In this document: positions 27,087-37,221 of the stretch, one piece after another | Position numbering within the stretch: the first letter of the stretch is position 1 | Layout: each line of letters starts with the position of its first letter | Assembly (NCBI RefSeq): GCF_009834535.1 | Contig: NC_045696.1 | Coordinates: forward strand, 118,360,001 to 118,424,000 | DNA length: 64,000 nt | From: Camelus ferus | Taxonomy: Eukaryota | Reading direction: 5' to 3' | Notes under the pieces: generated by a model | The model's database searches: none | The model's input: the letters and a program-made list of their open reading frames with translations, nothing else | What the model was told of the DNA's origin: nothing | Translations under genes and position numbers: made by a program

Positions 27087-29049
27087 TGCCTTGTCAGCAG
27101 TTTTTACGACCCTGGTCTCTAACCTTTTTATTCCATTGGAGGCAGTTATGCACTCAAGTGTCCCCTGCGTTCTTAACCACTCTCAGTATTTGTTGACTTA
27201 CCTTCTCAGCCCAACTGGTGAAAACTTATCTCTGTACCTTTGGCCTTAATGTTCAAAAACTGCAAATGTGAGGAAGATATAAAGTCGCATTCCTATCCGC
27301 CTTGTTGCCAGAGGCCATTTTTGTCCTTTGATGTGTGGACTATCATGTTCCCTCTAGTGCTGTCTCCATGTTATCCAGGAAGAGGCGTTTCCTAATTCTC
27401 CTTCCTTTTCACTCTTGACAACTTATATAATGTTTCTGGGCATCAGCTTTGTCATTCAGAAAGAGGGGTTAAAAATATACCCTCCCAGGAAAGGTGTTAG
27501 AGGAGTTAAAAGTGATTTACCTAAAATATTATATATATCATAAATGGATTTTTTTAGCATTTAAAAAGCATCATTGCTAGATTTTTGCTGTTGGAGCCTT
27601 TTTTCGTTGTTGTTCTGTAAGACAAAGTTTAGCAACTACCGTTCCTTTATTTTTGTTAATTAAACTGAAAAATTCCCCTACTGACTCCTCAATGCTTACT
27701 ATTCTGTTCCCAGGCCTTTCCCTGAGTTCAGCAGTATAGTCCATGGTTCATATTTGTGATGGGAAAAAACTTTTATTTTGGTCCAGCTCCCCTCAAAGGG
27801 CTCAACTTTTCAACATTGTGTCCTCTGTGGACTGTTTAAACCTCTGATAGCTCAGTTTTGGGGGTGGCGTTTCAGTGCCTGTGGTGCAACTACGTGTCAT
27901 TTTCTACACTGAGTTTTAGTAGGTAAAACACTATTTCTCCTCTTTGTACTACCACGGTGCTTTGCCTTTATCATCTTAATTGTTGGTTTACACTTTCATC
28001 TACCCTCTTTCCTGAATGCTTTTTTTTTTTTTTATTTCTTTGAGTGCTAAGCACAGAGTCGGCACTGAATAAATGTGTATTATGTTTACTCTGTATCACA
28101 GTTTGTTAATGAAACGCTATCCCGTAGAAGAGAAAGACAATTAATGGATTATCTTGTGGCCTCTGCGTTTCTCTGTTGTTAGAGCTCTCCATCACTTTGA
28201 GATGTTAGTCCTTAATTGGAACTATAAGCACCTAGGAATAAATTTAAATGATTGTGAATTTCAGAGATGAGGTTTCCATCCCACAAGCCTCAGTCTCCTT
28301 TTCTCTTTACCAACACTGTAATCAAGGTACAGGGTCTTATTTAAGCTAACAAATAATTATCCTTCATTACATAAGTGGAATGGAACTTGACCTTAAAAGG
28401 CTGCTTAACTTGACAAGATGGCGGTGGATCTCAGCACCAGCTGTGTCTGCTCTCACAGAGGCTTGGTGCCTGTGACCTGACGTTGAAGAGGCTGGGGGGT
28501 CATGGTCCCCTCCAGACTGCATGGCCTTGTCCCAGTTCTGATTCCATTTGAAATCTGCGCTTTGGTTCCCAGACCACAAGCTGTTTAAACATCCTCACGT
28601 TTTCTGAGACGTCCTCCTGTAATGGTGTCAGTACTCGTTTCTGGTCTGGTCTTCGAGGACTACTACAAAGTGGATAAAAACAAACCTGGACAATAGTGAT
28701 GTGGGTAATCTGTGTGAAATTGTTGGGAAATGGATAATGTATTTAAAATACTATAGGTAATGCAGTTGGACTAAAGTGATTTTGTTTTAAACCAAGAATT
28801 CAGTGAGCATGTCTTTGAACCTGGAGTGGCTAAGAATCACTTATGCATGAAAATGATGGAAGGAGCATCAAGAGGAAATAAGTCTTAGGTTTCATCTAGA
28901 CACAGAAAGCTTCAGTGTGTGAAAATCAAAATAATTGGGTTAAAAATACTGATACATGGCAGACAACAATGTGATGTCTTTAATTAATGAAAAACTCTCT
29001 TGGACCAGTAAGTCACACCAAAATAAGAGCAGTGTTATAAGTATTGTTA

Positions 29050-29230
29050 ACAATAACATTAATATTTTTAATGTTAGACTATGTTGGGCACCCTTCTGCG
29101 GACTTTCCATGTGTTTTAAGTCTCATAATGATTATTTGAGGTTGATCCTGTTACTGTTCCATTTTACAGGTGAGGCAGCAGAGGCACAGAGAGGTTACGT
29201 AACTTGGCCATGCTCGTAGAGCTGGTAAAG
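29050..29230 (-). mobile_element. MIR SINE
   Basis: ccattttacaggtgaggcagcagaggcacagagaggttacgtaacttggcc. Confidence 0.78.
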
Positions 29231-30821
29231 TGTGTATTGTTCCTGCGCGCATGGCCATCTTTTTATCCCCGAGATGTGGCTCTGATGTCTGTTCTCAGAC
29301 ATCATATGATGCTTCAAAGAGGCGAGGCCCAAGAAAGGAAGTTTTTTTAAAAAAAAGAAAGTAACCCAAAAGCATGAAAAGTTTCAGTTCCATTAATGGT
29401 ACAAACACAAGTAAAATAAAAATGAAATACTATTTTCTTTTATGAATAGGGTGGTGAAAAGAAGAAATTTTCAGAGTAGTGGCAGGAATTTATTCTTCCG
29501 GGATAGGGTTGGAGTGTGTGTCCCATGGGTCACCCTTAGCCACAGAGTCCCCAGCAGCAGGAGACCTGGTGTGGTTGGAGATCAGAGCTGCAGGGCTGAG
29601 GCTGGACGTCCTCCTGCTCGTGACATTAGGGATGTGCCATTGCCTTGGTCGCTCTTCTGGAAAACTCGAGGAGATGCAGCCCGCCTCACAGTCAGGGTGC
29701 TGAACTTGAGGTGAGCGGTTGGTTCTGATCCTGGCTCTCAGATCGCGTGGTGTCCAGCTGTCCTTCCCGAAAACGATCAGGGTCCGGCCAGTGACAATGC
29801 ACATATTCAAAGAAGGATGATTGAGGGCTTTCGAGGCTTCCTTTTGAGTTAGTCTCTCTGAAGAGATTACCAGGGTTTAAGCTTTGATAAGAAATTGTAA
29901 GTTATAAGTTTACTGTGGCATTAGGACGTCTGAGAGAAATTTCATAAAGCCGGACTCAGTGGCCTGAACTATTGACAAACGATTCTTGATGTTTAGTTTG
30001 GTACAAGATACAGGGAATGTAGGTTTGCTTCCTTTATTCAAACTCGGTAAATGGTTTGGGACAATTAATTTCCAATTGTCTCCCAGCAGAGCAGATTGAC
30101 TTGTATATTAATGAGGTACAGGTGTGAGGCCCCTGGTGCCTACATGCCTGGGAGGCAGGCTTCCATTGTTTCTCTACTCAGTCTTGGGTGTGCGAGGGAC
30201 TCAAGCTTGCCTTTAACAGTTTTTGCAGTGAGGCTTTTTAATTTTTTGATTTTTTTTTCAGATTTGCCTGCACCTGCTAAAATTTCAAAACTGATCATGT
30301 AGAAAAATGTGGCAGAGAATTCAATAGTAAATAGTACGGAAAATTAAAGAAAGTCGTCTTCTATTATATGTAACTGCCCAGCCTTCCATTACAGAGAAAT
30401 GAGTTCATTTAGACAGATATTTCACATGAGAAGTCAAGAGAATCTGTGGCACACTTTTTTTGTTGTGTATTTTTGGAGCAGGGATAGCTTTGTCAGTGGC
30501 TAAAGCAGTCATATACTTAGATTAATATTCATTTTTCTCTAGTTTATGCACGGAACTGCACTACCAGCCTTTTAGAGGAAAGGGACTAGCCTCCGTAGAC
30601 ATGATGAATTTCAGGAGCTGGCATAATTATAGCGATCTCCATATTCATTAAATCTACAGAAGAACTCTGTCCAAAAAGACAGCCAGGCGTTCAGAAACAG
30701 TACACAATTATTTATATACATCTTAAAAGTTGCATCTCTTAGACTTATTTAAAAGTAAATTGCTGTAGCACTCCTCTCCAAGCAGAATTGTAACAAAAGG
30801 ATCCCGGTTTCTCACATCTAG

Positions 30822-30930
30822 GAAGGAATGGGAGGAACTCTTCGTAAACAACAACTACTTGGCAACAATACGGCAGAAGGGGATTAATGGGCAGCTGAGA
30901 AGCAGCAGGTTCCGCAGCATTTGCTGGAAG
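30822..30930 (+). CDS. TBC1D5: TBC1D5 coding exon, 109 nt: (R)KEWEELFVNNNYLATIRQKGINGQLRSSRFRSICWK, with the WEEL LIR motif and start of the TBC domain
   Basis: tctcacatctag acceptor, AAG|gtaagc donor, phase 2 to 0; RxxxW TBC motif; overlaps ORF 30859..31080. Confidence 0.96.
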
Positions 30931-32371
30931 GTAAGCAGGAAATACTTATTTACAGCTCGTGGCCGCAGCATATCAGCACATCACCTGATGCCCTGGAAGA
31001 TCAGCCATGCGGGGACCACGGAGTTTTCCAGGAGACCTCACTCCACCCGTGTTTATCTTTCCCGGGATGTTTGCTGCTAAGGTTGAACCGCCTGGGGAAC
31101 TGGTGACGGTTGATGGAGCCCCTTGAGATTAACAGTCTTCTCGTCTCAGTTGATGGCCCGGGACTCAAAGCAATCCCTTCAGTTTCCCCAGAGGCGTTTG
31201 CAGAAATTCTTGGAGCTGAGTAGGAGCTGGAGGGCGAGGGTTTCAGATTCCTATTGTCTCTGGTGCCTCGCTTAGTCATCCTCCCGCTCCTCTTCATCAG
31301 TAGCAGCTGGAAAAGATTTCTCAGCTATGTTACTGGAAAGTACGTGAAGGGGGGCAGGCTGAAGAAGTGGAAGGAAATGAGGCGGGTCTCCTTCCCGAGC
31401 AGGCCGTCAGCACCACGCGCGGGATGATCTGCAGTATCTTTCCTCGCTTGGACACATGTGCCTTTTTGTTCTCTCAAAATGAATTAGTTTAGATTCAGAC
31501 TCATTTTTAAAATGACTTCTATTGAAAGTTTTTTAGGGCTTATCTGCATAAATTGAGCATACGGAGCCTGCAAGTAAAGACAGTCAGGAACACATAATGT
31601 ATTAGACAGTTTTAAATTTAATAATTTAGATTTAATAATTAAAATACATTTTTCTTCTCTGAGATGCAGGCAGTAAAGGCAGGGGACGTGCTGCTGGAGT
31701 GGCTGTGTCCCAGGGCGCCTGCCCCGCCCCCGGCTCCTTGTTGTTTAACTTTGTCTCCTTCCTTTGCTAAAAATAAACACAAATCCAGATTTATTTTAAT
31801 GTTGTATTAAACTAAATTAAATCAAATTTGTCTTTTTAAGAATGCTCGTTATTTTCATAAGCTGATTGCTGGTTGTAAATTACATTTTCTGCGGTAAAAG
31901 GAATGACTTCACTTCTCAGGCTGTGTCCTCAGATTGTTCTTTTCTGTCCTTTACCTGCTTCTTTGAAGACAAATCTTCAACCTCGAAATTACAGATTGGA
32001 CCTTGTGCCTGTTTATACACCTCATCACCCTCATTAATAGAAGAATGTAAAATAGGATTGTACTTGAACCTCAATGAATGTCTCTTGTTCATTTTTAATT
32101 AAGTCTGGAGGGAAGGTTGATCCCATTTTTGTGGTATAACTTTTGGGATTTTGTTGTTTGGCCTTTCTTCAGTTTTTGTTTTGTCCAAATGTGTATGTTT
32201 CTTAAATACCCCCAAATACAGTGTGTTGCAAATGGGAATGATGATGTGAGTATGCAATGCCATGAATAGGAGTATCATGAGTATTTTCCATTCTCAGGTG
32301 ATTCTGTTTGGTATAGTTTCACATTTTACTTCTTAAAATTTTTATAAAAAAAAATTTTTTTTTTTGGACAG

Positions 32372-32461
32372 CTCTTTCTTTGTGTTCTTCCTCAAGATAA
32401 AAGTCAGTGGGTAAGCAGAATTCAAGAATTAAGAGCATGGTATAGCAACGTGAAAGAAATC
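32372..32461 (+). CDS. TBC1D5: TBC1D5 coding exon, 90 nt: LFLCVLPQDKSQWVSRIQELRAWYSNVKEI
   Basis: T-tract plus ggacag acceptor, ATC|gtaagt donor, phase 0 to 0. Confidence 0.95.
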
Positions 32462-32558
32462 GTAAGTTGTACTTTGATGACTGTAATGTTTTCTTATGTA
32501 TACTTAAAGTCGTGCAGCCTCTGATCTGTGTGTGTTTTCTTCTTCCTTTCTTCCGCAG

Positions 32559-32633
32559 CACATCACAAACCCGAGGAAGGTCGTCGGCCAGCAAGACTTG
32601 ATGATCAATAACCCCCTGTCGCAGGACGAAGGG
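32559..32633 (+). CDS. TBC1D5: TBC1D5 coding exon, 75 nt: HITNPRKVVGQQDLMINNPLSQDEG (NPL VPS29-binding loop)
   Basis: Long pyrimidine tract plus ccgcag acceptor, GGG|gtacag donor, phase 0 to 0; inside ORF 32532..32816. Confidence 0.95.
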
Positions 32634-33736
32634 GTACAGTGTGTCTTCATTCATATCTCAGCCTCTTTTCCCACAAGAGTGCTTCTGAGTCTCGCTATCG
32701 GTCACCGTGAACGCAGTGTTATTTCATACCAATTATTATCACTTTTTTACCCCACAAGTTATACCACCCAAAGCCAGGTGGAAATTTCCCCATGCTGTGT
32801 AGGTGCAGTGCTGTAGGAAGTTGATGATCTGTTTCTGTGGGACATGAGGCCGGGAGAGGCCCCAGGGCCTGTAAGCACTGAGGGTCAAGTGCAGGGGCAC
32901 GAGGTGGGGCTAGAACTGCTCATCAGGGTCCCAGTGAGGACAGCCTCACTCCACGACAGGAAGAGAGGGCTCCATTTGGTAGGGCTAGCTCACACGAGGG
33001 AAAGTAACTGTCTGATGTGAATCTGTGAACAAGTTTTTAAAGAGCACGACAAAGACCAGGCCCATCTCTGCTCGTGTTCCAGTGAAGGCAGGAACGCTGA
33101 CTACGCACCGGTACCATGTGCCTTCTTCAGTGCTGCTCGAATTCCTGTTTCCGTGCTAACAGTTTTTTTCTCCAGCTCGTGTATAACATCAGCGTTTCTT
33201 TTTCCTGATACTTATAACTATATGATATAGTCTACAGTATTGCTTCATGAAACATTAAGTACTTTTTAAAACTTTATTTACATTCACATTTTTAAAAGTA
33301 CATGAAAATCTCTTCAGTTATCAAACCAAAGCTTTGTAGAAAACATCACGTTTCTTTTTAGTGCGCTGGCAGTTCGGGTCAGGTTCCAGTTGGGCCCAGC
33401 TGGCCTGTGGCCCTCCTCTGCTCCAGGCGGCCCTGTGTGTGGTGGGGCAGCCGCAGGCGCAGAGCAGGGAGAGCACCGTTCATGTTACACAGGCAGTAGA
33501 AAGTTTTAAGTATGTGTATGGTAACAGCACTGGAAAATTGATGTTAGAATAAGGATGTGTTTCTGAGATTAAAGTAGATTTTAATAAATACTTTTCCAGC
33601 TTCAGGTTTCCAATCTGCAATGTGAAGTCATAAGTCAGAGAAGGATAAATTTAACCATTTAAATTATTAAATTGAGATCATTAAAGTCAAGCAAAGGTGA
33701 GATATTATTTTAAATAGGTTGTTTTCCTTATTTCAG

Positions 33737-33804
33737 AGTCTCTGGAACAAATTCTTCCAGGATAAAGAACTTCGGTCGATGATTGAACAAGATGTTAAAA
33801 GAAC
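33737..33804 (+). CDS. TBC1D5: TBC1D5 coding exon, 68 nt: SLWNKFFQDKELRSMIEQDVKR(T), with the arginine-finger IxxDxxR motif
   Basis: ccttatttcag acceptor, AC|gtatgt donor, phase 0 to 2. Confidence 0.96.
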
Positions 33805-34419
33805 GTATGTAGAACTATTTACAAGTTACTTTCAGTAATTCCAGTTGGTGTTACGTCTTCGTAGTTTTAGCAAAATACAGCTTTATAGCGGAGCCTTAAC
33901 TGAATGCAGTGTTCTTGTGTTAATGACATTTATTTTGGCCAAATTTTGATAATAATTACTTTCTATTCCCAAAGTATATATTTTTGCGTTCCCTTTTTCA
34001 AAATAAATAATTATATTTATAATATTGATAATATTAAAGTAATATGTAAATACTTAAATATTTAAATCAGTTTTTCAATTTCCAGCAATTATTTGAAGTC
34101 ATGTGCTTCTGATTAAGGTTATATTATGTAGTTCTAATACTGGTTTTGCTAGAAAAAATCATCCTTTGCTTTACACTTTGGAATCCATTTCTAACCAAAT
34201 TACTTTCTAAATGACAGCTATTATTTTCACCCCCTTATTTCTCTTCCTCTTGAAGCCATTTAGGCTTGTAAACAACTCAGACTACTAAGTATTTTCCATA
34301 TGAAGATTAGGTTCTTGTTTAGCACATAGTTAATGTCTGTAACCTTTATGTGTCGGGCCTCTTCTTTCTGGGTCACGTAGGGAGAAGTACATGGAAGTTG
34401 TGTAGGAAGACCCTTGAGT

Positions 34420-34580
34420 AAGTTCTAGCAACATACACTGTAACCCCGGGCAAGTTAATTTCAAGGAACGTCTTTCCCCCTTAGATGTCCTTTTCTGTAA
34501 AACGAGGATGACAGTAACCACCTCACAGGACTGTTACAGATTAATGAGTGTATGTTGTGACAGTAGTACATTAGATGTGT
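34420..34580 (+). mobile_element. MIR SINE
   Basis: gggcaagtta...ctgtaaaacgaggatgacagtaaccacctcacaggactgtt. Confidence 0.65.
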
Positions 34581-36049
34581 TTATCCTTTATACTGCAGAC
34601 TCCGTAACTGCAGTACATTTAAACTGAGCACTGAGATCCAGGATGAGCCGTGCAGAGTCCTGTCTCTCCAGTGCCTTCTTACAGGTCCTTCTGCCTGTCT
34701 GCCCCACTCCTGGTTCAGCTCCTCTGATCTGGTACCACGTTGGGGCCCCAGCTCTCTGGCATTCACCTCTTTCCAGGTCCCAAACAGAATAAGCAGGTGA
34801 CATGGACCGTTAAAAGGTTATATTACATATTTAACAAATGAAATTTTTTATTTTAAAATGGGACTAATTCAGTGGAATCCTGGGTTCACAGAACTGCAAA
34901 ACCGTAGACAACTGGCAGTGGGAGTGGGTTGGTGGGGGACGTGGGAGGAGTGGAGTCATTTCAATGAGCTTGAGTTATTCTGCTAACCCAGGACTAACCA
35001 GCTGTTGGGAAGCTGCCCTCCGGTGCCAGAGCTCAGGGACTGCCTGAGCTCTAGTAGATGGTTTCAGAGAGCAGAATGCCATTGTGTTGGCTCACAGAAG
35101 GCCTCAATACAGATTTGTTGACTAAAACAAAAGAACGAATTTCCTCACCAGTCATTTAAGTAACTGGGTGATGAGTGGCAGTAAAATGGGCCTCATAAAA
35201 GCAAAATGCACAGTGCATACTGCTAACCAAGCAGTAAAGGAATCGCTTGTACAGAATGCTAGGCGGTCACCTTAGGAAACTTGACAGCTTCAGTTGGAAG
35301 TGGCTAACAGAAGGGTCTTCACCACCATTGCTCTGCTGTCAGGTGGAAGTGGAGGTACCTGCCACTGGGGTAGAGTCACACATGAGGGCCACGTGGACCA
35401 GACTGGCCAAAAGAAACAGCAAACAAGGGAGGAGATGGCAGAAGTCAAATAGACCAGACAGACCAGACAGGAAGCGGTGCTGGGAGCCTCTTCACCGTTT
35501 TGGTTACTTAGCACAAACGTTTCTGCTCTGCTGCGTGAGAAAGTGCTATTTCTCGAAAGCTGTTTTCTTCTGTTTGGTTTTATATCCCCTATGTAGTTTT
35601 CCTATAAAAAGTACATGTGTGTATAACACACATGCATTTGTTTCCTTATAATTTGTCTCCACTGGTGCATTTTAACTAAGTTGGCAAATCGGAGATCCAG
35701 GGAAGGCTGCTGGGAGGCCCTCTGGTCCGACGTGGGGAGGTTGCATCTCTCCTTCCCCAGAAGGCTGTCCGTGGCTCTCTCCACACCTAGTCAGTCTCCC
35801 TGCCATCTCTGCATCAACTTGGTGGCAGGTCACTTAGCCCGTCAGGTAAGGCTGTCAGTCTTATTTTAAAGCCACCAAATTGCCTAATAATAAAAGCTGA
35901 ATAGCTTGAGTAATTTTACGACTTTAGACAATACACTCTCTTTGTGAAGCATCGCATGATCTAAATCCGTACTTTGCAGTCCAGTCTGGACAGCAGCTCA
36001 CAGTGAATGTTGTACAGGGTCCCTCGCTCACTGGCATCTGTGAGAGATC

Positions 36050-36690
36050 TGGTTATTTTACTGAATGTCTGCTGCGTTTCAGGCCTCTCCTTTGCATTGG
36101 AGAACTGAGTGATGGGTAGGACAGACAAGGCCCTGCTCTCCCAGGGTGTACATTTAGTGGCCGAGCAGTGGGAGAGGGAGATAGGAAGCACGTGGAGATA
36201 AAGAGGGTGCTGACTGCCGTGAAGGAGTAGAGCAGGGTAATAGGACAGCTAGAGGGTGGCTGCCGGAGGAGCGGTGGCCAGAAACGGCATCTCTCAGAAG
36301 GTGACAATTGAGCTGAGATGTGAAAAATTATAAAAGCCCACGTGAAGAGGTAGGGGAAGAACGTTCCAGGCCGAGGGGACAGCTGGTGCCATGTCCACAG
36401 TGAAAACGAGCTCAGTATTTAGAGGAACAAGAGGAAAGCAGGTGATTTCAGTGGAGAAACCTGAAGAAGCGTGTGCTGGACAGGCAGCCCGGCGGACCAT
36501 CAGTGAGGAGGGTGGATTTGTTCCCGCTGCAGTGGGGAGCCACTGGGGGATACTGAGTGTGACACCTAAGAAGAAATGTGCTGGGGTGAAGGCGGAAGTG
36601 AGGATGGCAGCTGGAAGAGCACCTTGGCGTCTGTCTCTGTGCTCCAGGTTCAGGAGTGTTAGTGACTGGGACAGGACGGATGGGAGCAGA
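36050..36690 (-). mobile_element. LINE-2 remnant
   Basis: gacaaggccctgctctcc, ctctcagaaggtgacaattgagctgagatgtgaa, gaacgttccaggccgaggggacagc, gggagccactg. Confidence 0.8.
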
Positions 36691-36702
36691 TGAGTTGAGG
36701 AC

Positions 36703-36928
36703 ATAAATTTTTTATGAGTTTGAGATTTGCAACTGTTAACCACTATATGTAAAAATAGATAAAAATCAAATTTCCTCTGTATAGTGCAGGGAACTATATT
36801 CAATATCTTGTAATAACCGCTAATGAAAAAGACTATGAAAAGGATCATATGTATGTATATGCGTGACTGGGTCTGTACACCAGAAATTGACACATCGTAA
36901 CTGACTGTACTTCAGTTTTTTAAAAATA
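36703..36928 (+). mobile_element. L1 3'-terminal fragment (cetartiodactyl/camelid type)
   Basis: gagtttgagatttgc...cagggaactatattcaatatcttgtaataacc...gtaactgactgtacttca. Confidence 0.85.
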
Positions 36929-37221
36929 GGGGATCGTTATTTGTAGCTTTCTCACATTCATCAGTTCTCTTCCATTTTTACTGCTGTTTCAAGTCCTCTT
37001 TACCTCTTACCTAGAGTTGCTTACTTGTTTAATTGTTTTCTTTGGATCTGTTCACTCTCTTCCAGTCCAATCCGTGTGTTATCACCCTGTTTCCGCAAAG
37101 CACATTTCTCATCGTGCTTCTTGCCTGATCGCAGACCTCCTGTGACTGGTTTTGCAGAGGCTGTCCTTGCCCAGACTCCCTAACACACAGAGCTCCCTGT
37201 TAGGGCTCCCCACTTACCTTG

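Noticed and set aside
33805..33812. U12-type intron donor
   Set aside because: GTATGTAG does not match GTATCCTT; none of the nine donors is U12-like
35260..35650. Possible old LTR (similar doubt for 1-560 and 50260-50700)
   Set aside because: Only a general impression; I could not identify termini or a family
36294..36893. Longest ORF (199 aa, minus strand)
   Set aside because: Runs across an antisense L1 tail and an L2 remnant; chance open frame
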